Source: a virus
Taxonomy: Duplodnaviria > Caudoviricetes
DNA: 64,000 bases
Virus record (IMG/VR): IMGVR_UViG_3300025120_010521
Direction: 5' to 3' (one strand)
The notes under the pieces are model-generated. The model had not been told where the DNA came from, searched no databases, and saw only the letters and a program-made list of their open reading frames with translations. This document shows positions 28,932 through 37,588 of this stretch, in pieces; positions within the stretch are counted from its first letter, which is position 1, and every line of letters begins with the position of its first letter. A program made the translations under genes and the position numbers.

Positions 28932-29183
28932 TTATGCTGATTCAGTATTTGATTCAGCAGGTGTTTCGTCAGCAGTTGCTTCAGTTAATTTTAACTGAGT
29001 TGCAACAGGCTTACCGTTATGTTCAGCAACAATATACTCCATTGCTTGGCCTTGATCTACTTTTGTTATTCCTGCATCTTTAAATGCTGAAACGTGAACA
29101 AATACATCATTGCCACCTTCATCCGGTACTATGAATCCAAAACCTTTTGAAGCATTGTACCATTTTAATTTACCTGTACTCAT
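28932..29183 (-). CDS. cspA: cold-shock domain protein
   Basis: GKLKWYNASKGFGFI (RNP1) and DVFVHVSA (RNP2). Confidence 0.95.
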   Translation of the reverse strand: MSTGKLKWYNASKGFGFIVPDEGGNDVFVHVSAFKDAGITKVDQGQAMEYIVAEHNGKPVATQLKLTEATADETPAESNTESA

Positions 29184-29413
29184 CTGTACTCCTTATTATA
29201 GTATACTCTGTAAGCACCATTTGTAGGCAGTAACTCACAGTGTTTTAAGCTATCATTGGCGTCAACCCATAGCTCAAATTCTTCTTTAATCTTACCTTGT
29301 CCTGTAATAACAGTAACATACTTAAGACCTTGATGCTTGTTTTCATGAACAAACTTTGTAAATTCTCTCCAAGCATCTTGTACATAATAACCATGTAAAT
29401 CTAAACTATACAT
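29180..29413 (-). CDS. stand-alone Smr domain protein
   Basis: LDLHG...A, VITGQG, NGAYRV. Confidence 0.85.
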   Translation of the reverse strand: MYSLDLHGYYVQDAWREFTKFVHENKHQGLKYVTVITGQGKIKEEFELWVDANDSLKHCELLPTNGAYRVYYNKEYR

Positions 29414-29442
29414 TATTATATACTAACATTATTTATAGTATC

Positions 29443-29853
29443 CTATATTTTATCAGCTTCTAATAACCTTTTACGGTTCTCTAAATGCTGATCTTCTATA
29501 GCATCTTTACTTTGTCCATTATATAATACTGCATACGATTCGTCAACCATTATTTTATTAATAGTTGTATCTTTCCAAACTAGCTCTCCTAATATTCGTC
29601 CAAACTTGCCTGTTTTGTCTTTATGTGTTCTAAGTGTTGCTGTACTACCCACTGGATAATGGTCTTTTACAAATTGTTTAGATAATAATCCAAACTTTTT
29701 TTCTTCTAAATCTCTTGTTCTTGACTCGGGGGTATCTATACCTAAAAGACGTACTCGTTCTTTGTGCATCCAAATTCCAAATCCTAAGTCAATATCAACG
29801 TCAACTGTATCTCCATCAACTACTCTTAATATTGTACATTTATATTCGTGCAT
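29443..29853 (-). CDS. thermonuclease (SNase-like)
   Basis: VVDGDTVD, RVRLLGIDTPE, GKFGRIL. Confidence 0.9.
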   Translation of the reverse strand: MHEYKCTILRVVDGDTVDVDIDLGFGIWMHKERVRLLGIDTPESRTRDLEEKKFGLLSKQFVKDHYPVGSTATLRTHKDKTGKFGRILGELVWKDTTINKIMVDESYAVLYNGQSKDAIEDQHLENRKRLLEADKI

Positions 29854-30565
29854 AATTCTTTATCCCTCCTATTGTATTTTTTATACTGTTATCATAAAAG
29901 GATTTTGTTTTTTTATCAATTTCAGTATCTGCATTTATTGTAATATGATACCTAACTTCATCACTAAGATTCTGTATCATATGATAATTTTCAGTATTTA
30001 GTTTAATTGCAGATCCCTCTTTAAAAGGAACTACACCAATATAGTCATAATCTTTAAGTTTTGTTTTATCCATTGGATTAGGATAAAACATTACAACTTT
30101 ACATTTTGTTGGATTGTTAAGTGCTAGATTAATTTGCCCAGATACTTCGTTGTGTTGTAATTCACTATAACCGTTTGGCTCTAAAGCCATTATTTTAATA
30201 TCGTGCAACTTTACTAAATTAACTGTATTTGGAAAAACATCTTTTAGCCAAGATGTCATTGCTGGACAATTTTTAATAATATTTTCGTTCCATGTCTTAT
30301 CACTGTATACAGAAATATATTTCCAGCCTTTACCATATTCAGTTTCAAAATTAGAAAATAATTTTTCTTGTTCTATAATTTTAGATAGCCAGGTTTGCCA
30401 ACTATAACTTACATCCATCTCTATCCAAGGGAAGTGATATTTCTTAACTGCTGTAGTATAATCGTATTCTGGTTCAGAATCTAATAATGGTTTAATTTTA
30501 AAATGGTCTCTATTAACCATTGGCAATTTCCAGGCATCGGTGCCTAAATAATCAGGAATAAACAT
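29840..30565 (-). CDS. Asp/Asn beta-hydroxylase-like cupin/2OG protein
   Basis: IMALEPNG..., INLALNNP, EGSAIKLN...HMIQN...RYHI; the metal ligands look divergent. Confidence 0.5.
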   Translation of the reverse strand: MFIPDYLGTDAWKLPMVNRDHFKIKPLLDSEPEYDYTTAVKKYHFPWIEMDVSYSWQTWLSKIIEQEKLFSNFETEYGKGWKYISVYSDKTWNENIIKNCPAMTSWLKDVFPNTVNLVKLHDIKIMALEPNGYSELQHNEVSGQINLALNNPTKCKVVMFYPNPMDKTKLKDYDYIGVVPFKEGSAIKLNTENYHMIQNLSDEVRYHITINADTEIDKKTKSFYDNSIKNTIGGIKNYARI

Positions 30566-30573
30566 TTTTTATT

Positions 30574-30756
30574 TTATATGTTTTGGAATTGGCTTTTTGT
30601 TTCTATTGTTGTAATTTTATCTTTTAACCAAAGTTTGTGTTTTTTCATTACTATCAATTTATTTTCATCTGATTGATTGTTATCTAACATTCGTTCTATA
30701 GCTGTGTGTAGTTTGTTATGTTCAGATCTTAATCGGTCTAGTTCTGAATTAGACAT
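30574..30756 (-). CDS. DUF465/YdcH-like small coiled-coil protein
   Basis: LRSEHNKLH...MKKHKLWLKDKI pattern. Confidence 0.7.
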   Translation of the reverse strand: MSNSELDRLRSEHNKLHTAIERMLDNNQSDENKLIVMKKHKLWLKDKITTIETKSQFQNI

Positions 30757-30759
30757 ATA

Positions 30760-30945
30760 TTACTCTTCACTCTCTTCACTGTTAAACGATACTACAACTT
30801 TTGCGCCTTTGTCGTCTAATTCGTAAACAAGGTTTCCAGTTGCTTCTCCGTTACCTAATTCTCCAGTATCATAAAGATATTGTGCAAATGCATCTACTAC
30901 TTGTTGGTTTGTTAGCTTAAATATTTTTTTGTTTTTTTCTGACAT
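30760..30945 (-). CDS. hypothetical protein
   Basis: 61-aa ORF in operon orientation. Confidence 0.65.
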   Translation of the reverse strand: MSEKNKKIFKLTNQQVVDAFAQYLYDTGELGNGEATGNLVYELDDKGAKVVVSFNSEESEE

Positions 30946-30974
30946 AATATATCCCGTTCTTTTTTATTTATCAC

Positions 30975-31466
30975 TTATAGATAATTTCTTATCTGTATAA
31001 GTCTTGATAACATTTTCGTGTCTTCTGTATTGTATAATTTCTGCAGTTTTTCTGCATATCGACACTTATCCATAAATTCCTTATACTCACTATTACTATC
31101 TTCTGTTGTATGCAACCATTCTTCTTTAAACTGACTGTAGGTTGTATCAATGTTCTTCCATGCTTCAGTTCGTTGTGTTCTTAAATCAACCCACCAATTA
31201 TATAGTATTTTAATTTCAGTTAGTGCTAACTGGTATGTTTGATCATTTGTTTTTTGTGAATACAACCAATCTAAACCTTGTATACCTTTTTCCTTATTTT
31301 TATAAGTGTTATCAGACGTTCCGGTATATATTTGTGCAATTTGATATTCAACAAAATTTTGTAAATGAGTAAAACTGTCATAGAGTATTTGATCACCTGT
31401 TGACATTGTTTCTGCAATGTCTGGTGCTGTACTAAACCATTGGCGAATAATGTTTACTAATGACAT
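30975..31466 (-). CDS. hypothetical protein
   Basis: 163-aa ORF containing LYNWW. Confidence 0.65.
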   Translation of the reverse strand: MSLVNIIRQWFSTAPDIAETMSTGDQILYDSFTHLQNFVEYQIAQIYTGTSDNTYKNKEKGIQGLDWLYSQKTNDQTYQLALTEIKILYNWWVDLRTQRTEAWKNIDTTYSQFKEEWLHTTEDSNSEYKEFMDKCRYAEKLQKLYNTEDTKMLSRLIQIRNYL

Positions 31467-31496
31467 AACTTATTGTAGCATAAAAGTAAGGTTAGA

Positions 31497-32357
31497 TCAA
31501 TCGTCTTTTTTAACTAAAGTAAATTGCTCTGCTATGTTACCTTGGAATTGGTATGATCCATAATGGTCTAAATTAACAGAAGGATCCATCCAAATTTCTC
31601 CACCTATTTTTTGCCAACGTCTACAAAACGTAAAATCTTCTGATAGATATCTATTTGTATCTGGATCAATCATAGTATCAAACATTGCATAAAAATATGG
31701 ATTTAATATAGGATCTGTATTAAGATCATTTGTGTATCTAGTTTCGGAATATTCTTTAACCATTTTATCTATAACTTCACGTTTAATCATCATAAATCCT
31801 GTTCCAGCATCTAGTACAGGTATTAATCCTTCCACTAGTGGAATTTCTTGTGTTTCCATATGATTACGTTTGATGTTTAATACATACGACGCTTGAAATT
31901 TTGCAAGTTCTAACGGGTCAGTTGGTTTTTGATCTATTGCAACCCCATGCACTGCTTGCCAGTTAATTGATTTTTTAGGATATGCTCCTGTAACAATATC
32001 TTTATTTCTATGTAATAATTTTACTACGTCTTGAGGATTAAATCCAATATCTGCGTCAATAAACATTAGATGAGTATAATTTGGATTTTGTAAAAACATT
32101 GCTAGTAAAGTATTTCTAGCTCTAGTAACAAGACTTTCATTTGAAAGTGTTGCTAGTGTAAAATTTAGCCCATAGTGTTTAAAAAGAATTGATAACCCTG
32201 TCATTGCTTTTAGATAAGGTTCTCCAACCATTCCGCCATAACAAGGTGTTGCAACCATAACGTGAGCTTTTCTTAACTCTTCCATGTCAACGTCAATACG
32301 TGTATTCATGTTTTGACTTAATGGTTCATTTAATTTGTTTTTATCTTTTTTACTCAT
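31497..32357 (-). CDS. glycosyltransferase-like protein (GT-A)
   Basis: VATPCYGG, SLVTRARN, MFIDADI (DxD), GTGFMMIKR, YLSEDFTFC. Confidence 0.75.
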   Translation of the reverse strand: MSKKDKNKLNEPLSQNMNTRIDVDMEELRKAHVMVATPCYGGMVGEPYLKAMTGLSILFKHYGLNFTLATLSNESLVTRARNTLLAMFLQNPNYTHLMFIDADIGFNPQDVVKLLHRNKDIVTGAYPKKSINWQAVHGVAIDQKPTDPLELAKFQASYVLNIKRNHMETQEIPLVEGLIPVLDAGTGFMMIKREVIDKMVKEYSETRYTNDLNTDPILNPYFYAMFDTMIDPDTNRYLSEDFTFCRRWQKIGGEIWMDPSVNLDHYGSYQFQGNIAEQFTLVKKDD

Positions 32358-32360
32358 TTA

Positions 32361-32726
32361 TTAATCTCCTGTTCCAGGGTTTTCAGAAAGTAAATCTCTT
32401 TTGGATTTTTGGTCTGGCATATTAGCTGGACTGTATTCTTCTGCTTCTGGTAACGCATCTTTCTTTTTTGTTATATTTGGCCATTTCTTTGCATACTCAG
32501 TATTTATATGAACCCAATAGTCTAATTCACTTTTTGCAATATTTGGGTCTGTATCTGCCACAATTGCATCTACCGGACATTCTGGTTCACACACTCCACA
32601 ATCAATACATTCATCTGGGTTGATTGCTAAAAAATTTTCACCTTCGTAAAAACAATCAACAGGACAAACTTCTACACAGTCTGTATGTTTACATTTTATA
32701 CACTCGTCTTTTACTATGTATGTCAT
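32361..32726 (-). CDS. fdxA: 7Fe-type ferredoxin with C-terminal extension
   Basis: [21 protein letters not shown]...[17 protein letters not shown]. Confidence 0.95.
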   Translation of the reverse strand: MTYIVKDECIKCKHTDCVEVCPVDCFYEGENFLAINPDECIDCGVCEPECPVDAIVADTDPNIAKSELDYWVHINTEYAKKWPNITKKKDALPEAEEYSPANMPDQKSKRDLLSENPGTGD

Positions 32727-32732
32727 ACTGAT

Positions 32733-32761
32733 ATAATACTACAAATACCCATGTTAGTCAA
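32733..32761 (-). promoter_or_regulatory. sigma70-type promoter TTGACT-N17-TATTAT
   Basis: Near consensus, directly upstream of fdxA. Confidence 0.6.
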
Positions 32762-32764
32762 GAT

Positions 32765-33391
32765 TTAAACAAGTATATCTGATATAGATGGTTTTGGTTT
32801 ATCTTGATGTTTTTCATGATTAGATATTGTAGATTGAGAATAACCAAAGCCTGCCATTACCGCTGGTTCACCTTCAATACCTAAAAAGTCTTTTAAATAA
32901 TTTTTGTCAAAACAAGCACAAAATCCAGTCTGTATTCCAAGAAGTTCTGCTGTAAGTACAGTATTCCAACAAGACAAACCAACATCTAAGTAATCGTTAT
33001 TGATTGGGTCTCCATCGGCAAAATACCAAACTAAAACTAAAGGTGCTAATAGTTGACCATTAATTTTTGATGACAGTATTCCTTTGCTTTGCCAGTCACA
33101 TGCTTCATTATATGATCTAGGACTGCGTATTACCATTTCTTCACTATTATCCTCGTATCTAACATTTTGTTTAGATACTGTACAAACATAATCGTATAAA
33201 TCAAGTTTTGCTTTTCGATGACTTAATCCTTGTCCTAGTACTTTAACTTTAAAGTTATATCTATTATTACATGATGGTGTTTTGTTTACAGCTTCTGTAA
33301 TTTTTGTTATATGATCTGAATTTATAGGATGTCCGTCAAAATCCTTAACTGTTGACCTTTGTTGTAATATATTTTCTAATTGTTCTAACAT
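32765..33391 (-). CDS. nitroreductase family protein
   Basis: QRSTVKDFD, KTPSCNN, AELLGIQTGFCACF, GFGY. Confidence 0.8.
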   Translation of the reverse strand: MLEQLENILQQRSTVKDFDGHPINSDHITKITEAVNKTPSCNNRYNFKVKVLGQGLSHRKAKLDLYDYVCTVSKQNVRYEDNSEEMVIRSPRSYNEACDWQSKGILSSKINGQLLAPLVLVWYFADGDPINNDYLDVGLSCWNTVLTAELLGIQTGFCACFDKNYLKDFLGIEGEPAVMAGFGYSQSTISNHEKHQDKPKPSISDILV

Positions 33392-33436
33392 GCAAATATT
33401 TATAAGTTAAGTGTTGCTATTATATACTTTTATTTC

Positions 33437-33526
33437 TGGCGGAGAGAGTGAGATTCGAACTCACGAAAGAGTTGCCCCTTTGCCGGTTTTCAAGACCGGT
33501 GCTTTCAACCGCTCAGCCATCTCTCC
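33437..33526 (-). tRNA. trnS: tRNA-Ser(TGA)
   Basis: GGAGAGA/TCTCTCC acceptor, CCGGT-CTTGAAA-ACCGG anticodon arm, long variable arm, TTCGAAT, CCA. Confidence 0.96.
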
Positions 33527-33538
33527 GTATAATAATAC

Positions 33539-34084
33539 TTATGTCATCATAGGTTGTGATAACTTGTCTAGTACTTCTTCTTTAAACAGTTTACAACCTT
33601 TGGCAACATTCTTTGCCCAATCATCTGATGCATTGCTATCAGCTGAATCGGAAATATACTTGTAACATAAAAATTCAACTTCATACTTTTTACAAACTTT
33701 TGCAATTGCATATGATTCCATATCAACAACATCACAATCTATTTTTGGTTTTGATGTTACAAAAGTGTCGCCTGTACCGCAAACAACATCAGGCTGTCCT
33801 AACATGATATCTTTTTCATATGGGGTTTGACCAAGTTTAAAATTTAAAGGCCTTGCATCCATATCTCTATCAACAAATCCAGTAACTTGCACTAATCCGT
33901 TTATATTAGGTTTTATAGATCCTGCTGTGCCGTAGTTAATAATTAATTTTGGTTTATAATCTTTTATGATTTGTGTTGTAGTTGTTGCGGCATTAATTTT
34001 ACCAACGCCTGTAAAAAATACATCAGTGTAGTAAAGGCCTTCAATTTCTTCGGGTATTGCACATAATACAATTGTATTAATCAT
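33539..34084 (-). CDS. mtnN: 5'-methylthioadenosine/S-adenosylhomocysteine nucleosidase
   Basis: TGVGKINAA, INYGTAG, GTGDTFV, VDMESYAIA, KYISDSAD. Confidence 0.9.
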   Translation of the reverse strand: MINTIVLCAIPEEIEGLYYTDVFFTGVGKINAATTTTQIIKDYKPKLIINYGTAGSIKPNINGLVQVTGFVDRDMDARPLNFKLGQTPYEKDIMLGQPDVVCGTGDTFVTSKPKIDCDVVDMESYAIAKVCKKYEVEFLCYKYISDSADSNASDDWAKNVAKGCKLFKEEVLDKLSQPMMT

Positions 34085-34085
34085 T

Positions 34086-35006
34086 TTATGTAAATTTCTT
34101 TATAGTCTGTAATAAACCAAATCCGGCAATACCTGCCATAATTAAATGCTTCATACAAGGATCACTCATTAGTCCATCTAATAGACCAGCTATTGCGGCA
34201 TTGGTGATTATTTGTATTGCTGATGCTAAATTTTTTAAATCCGCTAATATCATTTGTGCTAATTGTATAATATGTCCAATTATTCCTGTAACAAGATTTA
34301 ATATACCAAGTGCTTGGCTAATAAAATTTAGTATTTGATTTAATACTCCTGCACCTTTAGATAATGCACCAAATATATCATCAATAAATGCACAAGGCCC
34401 TGTGCCTACTGCGGCCGCGGACCCTAACGATGTACTAAGAGCATTTATACCTTGTCCAATTGATAACATTTGTCCAATTGGTTTTGGTAAATGTCCTGTA
34501 GGTAAACTAAATGTTGGTCCTCCTTGTACTCCCATAAATGAAAAAGGATTTGAGTTTCCATAATCTGTTTGATCTACACCACTTTGTATATTTGTATGTC
34601 TGTTAAAATCATTTAATATTCCATCAACTTTGCTTAATTCAAGAACTTCAGCATCAGATAACTTTCTTGCGGCGCCGCCACTTTCAATCATACTGCCTGG
34701 CACTGTTGCTCTAGTAGAATAGTTAGGATCATTCCATCCAGCTGGTAAACTGTTTAGTCCTACCCAACCATTACTATTACCATCATACAAGTTTGATTTA
34801 ATTTTAGAAATATTTTCTGTGTGTGGATTTTTAAATGCCGCCATAGTTTTAATATCATTGCCCCAAAGATCTTTTCCATCTTTTGTATCAAATAATCCAT
34901 TTGTTAGACTTTCTTTTGCAATAGGTCCTAAACTTTGACTAATAGCCGACCCTTCGAATCCTTTATATAATCCTTGATCTTCACCTGGTAATATTGTTTG
35001 TGCCAT
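34086..35006 (-). CDS. hypothetical protein, possibly virion-associated
   Basis: Gly/Ser-rich with an amphipathic C-terminal helical region; lies directly downstream of the PAAR gene. Confidence 0.55.
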   Translation of the reverse strand: MAQTILPGEDQGLYKGFEGSAISQSLGPIAKESLTNGLFDTKDGKDLWGNDIKTMAAFKNPHTENISKIKSNLYDGNSNGWVGLNSLPAGWNDPNYSTRATVPGSMIESGGAARKLSDAEVLELSKVDGILNDFNRHTNIQSGVDQTDYGNSNPFSFMGVQGGPTFSLPTGHLPKPIGQMLSIGQGINALSTSLGSAAAVGTGPCAFIDDIFGALSKGAGVLNQILNFISQALGILNLVTGIIGHIIQLAQMILADLKNLASAIQIITNAAIAGLLDGLMSDPCMKHLIMAGIAGFGLLQTIKKFT

Positions 35007-35015
35007 TTTTATTCC

Positions 35016-35306
35016 TTAACTATTTGCTATCACGTTTGGTGATCCTGCATTTACTTTTATTCCACAACTGTAAGTATCGCCAATTCTTCCAACTGGCTGA
35101 TTATTTACATATACATTTGGAGATCCACTTGCAAGTATTGTTGAGTGAGGTACGCAAAGTATAAAACCATGCGGAGTATTAGAATCACCTACTCTGTGTA
35201 CAGGTATATGATTAGCCAATACGTTTGGCGACCCTGTTGCACACGATCCTGGTGCACAAGGTGGATGATTTGTATCTGCATCACCTATTCTTGCTACATG
35301 TGGCAT
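35016..35306 (-). CDS. PAAR-domain spike-tip protein (T4 gp5.4-like)
   Basis: VARIGD...H, GSPNV repeats, PVHRVGD..H, PVGRIGD...CG. Confidence 0.9.
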   Translation of the reverse strand: MPHVARIGDADTNHPPCAPGSCATGSPNVLANHIPVHRVGDSNTPHGFILCVPHSTILASGSPNVYVNNQPVGRIGDTYSCGIKVNAGSPNVIANS

Positions 35307-35334
35307 TTTGCTTCTCCTATTATATTAGTATTTA

Positions 35335-35643
35335 TTACGTAACTAATGACGGTGTGCTAGGAGTAACAAGTTTTGATGTACTTTGTGTGTAAGCATCTTT
35401 GGCCTGTTTGTTAGCCAAAACTGCTGTAATTATAGTACTTTTTAAAAAATCAAAAGTTGCTTCAGGATCAGCCATAATCACGTATGCTGTCATTCCAACA
35501 CCTTGTTGAGTCATTGCTAGTGCTAGTGGCTTAGATACTTTGTAAGAAGTATCAGTTTCTTCTATTAATTTACCAATTACTTCATCACTACCAACAGTAC
35601 GAAATACTACAATGTCATCTTTGTTTAGTTTTTGTTTTAACAT
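35335..35643 (-). CDS. conserved hypothetical protein (small beta-barrel-like)
   Basis: DIVVFRTVGSDEVIGKL...VSKPL. Confidence 0.65.
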   Translation of the reverse strand: MLKQKLNKDDIVVFRTVGSDEVIGKLIEETDTSYKVSKPLALAMTQQGVGMTAYVIMADPEATFDFLKSTIITAVLANKQAKDAYTQSTSKLVTPSTPSLVT

Positions 35644-35646
35644 GTT

Positions 35647-36444
35647 TTACTTTCTATTTTCAAAATATGGAATAAAAATATCATCAACAATCTTTTTCCA
35701 ATGTTTACTATTTAGATGCTTACCATCTGCATAATAATTTTTATCGTTTTGCGACTTGTTTATATAATCACGTATATTTTTATATCCTATTTGTTTGTTT
35801 ATACATTTTATATTATACTTACTTATTATTGATTTGTCAATACTACTACTAAAATTAAACCATGTATGATCTATATTTTTACTATCAAGGTATCCTGATA
35901 TTAGCACACAAACACTGAACAATTGATCTTCATAATAACCTTTGTTCCTATATACATTTATTCTTGTAGATTGCTGTAAAATTGACGCTGGTAACTGATT
36001 TTTAAACTTTTGAAATTTTTCTAATTTAATAGGATTAATGTCAGTGTCTCCATTATTTATTTTATAAAGATAATCTTCTTGAGAAAAAGTTTGATCCTCA
36101 TTATATCCTTTTTCATTATATTCAATCCAATGTTTATCATTTAAGACATCTCCTGATTGATACCTATTGTCTTCAACTGCAAACTCATATCTATCACGTG
36201 ATGGAATTTCTAAAAGAATAAAGTCTGGATTTATATCTTTTACTACGGAAATAATTCTAGCTGGATATGACTGTATTCCATATGATCCTAACGCACGATT
36301 GTAATAACTTTTGTAGCCTAGTTTTGTAGAAAGGTACTCTGACCATCTCTGTTCATTTTTCCAATCAACATAATGATCAGTGTCAATATTACTTCTGCAT
36401 TTTTCTTGAGTATGGCTTGTACCAATCGCCACAAACTTTTTCAT
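35647..36444 (-). CDS. SGNH/GDSL-like hypothetical protein
   Basis: AIGTSHT near the N-terminus, NRALGSYG, and C-terminal DGKH. Confidence 0.5.
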   Translation of the reverse strand: MKKFVAIGTSHTQEKCRSNIDTDHYVDWKNEQRWSEYLSTKLGYKSYYNRALGSYGIQSYPARIISVVKDINPDFILLEIPSRDRYEFAVEDNRYQSGDVLNDKHWIEYNEKGYNEDQTFSQEDYLYKINNGDTDINPIKLEKFQKFKNQLPASILQQSTRINVYRNKGYYEDQLFSVCVLISGYLDSKNIDHTWFNFSSSIDKSIISKYNIKCINKQIGYKNIRDYINKSQNDKNYYADGKHLNSKHWKKIVDDIFIPYFENRK

Positions 36445-36446
36445 AA

Positions 36447-37547
36447 TTACAATTCAAAGTTTTCAAAAGTTTTATCATCGACATCTTGTTTTAGTCCGCC
36501 AATAATATATGATTCTACTTCAGTTTCTTGTGGTGCAACTTGCAATCCAGCACTTGACAACCAGTTTGCTGTCCAAGGTAAAGGATTAGCATTTGCTGGT
36601 ATATCATATATTGGATCATAGCCAATTGCTTTTAATCTTTTATTTGCAATCCATTCAACGTAACTGCCTAAAAGTTTTTCATTTAAACCAATAATTGAGC
36701 CATCTTTAAATAAATGTCTTGCCCATGCTTTTTCTTCTTCAACACAGTTTCTAAACATTTCAATTACAGTTTTATCTAAACCTTTAATTGCTTTTGTCAT
36801 ACCAGCATCATCATTTTTATGCCAGTTTTTAATAACCTGTGTTGATAGGTTTAAATGAGTTGCTTCATCACGTGCAATAAGCGAAATAATTTTTGCTGAG
36901 CCTTCCATAAGTTTAAGCTCACCAAATGCAAAAGTACAAGCAAAAGAAACATAAAATCTTAAACCTTCTAAGATGTTTACATTAATCATTGCAAGGTATA
37001 ATGCTTTTTTAACTTCTATAATATCACCTTCACCTTTAACAAAATAATTTTCAGCCATTTTAGAAAACCTATCATAATTTTCTGTAACTGAAACTGCACG
37101 TTTTAAAATTTCTTCATCATTTAAAATTGTGTCAAATACTTCACTTGGATCAGCATATACGTTTTTCATAATATGTGTATATGAACGTGAGTGTATTGTT
37201 TCAAAAAAGTCCCAAGTAACAATACATCCTTCTAATTCTGGATTTGATACATAAGGTAAAAAAGCCAAACTTGGTCCACGTCCTTGAACTGAATCAAGGA
37301 GTGTTTGATATTTTAAGTTTGATGTAAAAATATGCTTTTGTTCTGGTCTAAATGTTTGATAGTCAGCACGATCTTTTTGTAATGAGACTTCTTCAGGTCT
37401 CCAAAAATATCCAAGCATAGTTTGGTTAAGTTTATCTAAAGCAGGATATTTAAATACGTCATATCTCTGCACACTCTGATCTGCCCCAAAAAACATAGGT
37501 TCTTTGGTAAAATCTACTTCATTTCTATTGAATACTGTTTTTGCCAT
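36447..37547 (-). CDS. nrdB: ribonucleotide reductase class Ia beta subunit
   Basis: FWRPEEV, LLDSVQGR, ETIHSRSYTHI, EGLRFYVSF, RDEATH, VAPQETE. Confidence 0.97.
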   Translation of the reverse strand: MAKTVFNRNEVDFTKEPMFFGADQSVQRYDVFKYPALDKLNQTMLGYFWRPEEVSLQKDRADYQTFRPEQKHIFTSNLKYQTLLDSVQGRGPSLAFLPYVSNPELEGCIVTWDFFETIHSRSYTHIMKNVYADPSEVFDTILNDEEILKRAVSVTENYDRFSKMAENYFVKGEGDIIEVKKALYLAMINVNILEGLRFYVSFACTFAFGELKLMEGSAKIISLIARDEATHLNLSTQVIKNWHKNDDAGMTKAIKGLDKTVIEMFRNCVEEEKAWARHLFKDGSIIGLNEKLLGSYVEWIANKRLKAIGYDPIYDIPANANPLPWTANWLSSAGLQVAPQETEVESYIIGGLKQDVDDKTFENFEL

Positions 37548-37553
37548 ATTTCT

Positions 37554-37581
37554 ATTATATACTCTTTTACTACCTTGTCAA
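37554..37581 (-). promoter_or_regulatory. sigma70-type promoter TTGACA-N16-TATAAT
   Basis: Consensus hexamers between nrdA and nrdB. Confidence 0.65.
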
Positions 37582-37588
37582 TATTTAT

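Noticed and set aside
33411-33665. + strand 84-aa ORF
   Set aside because: It is the antisense reading of tRNA-Ser and the end of mtnN.
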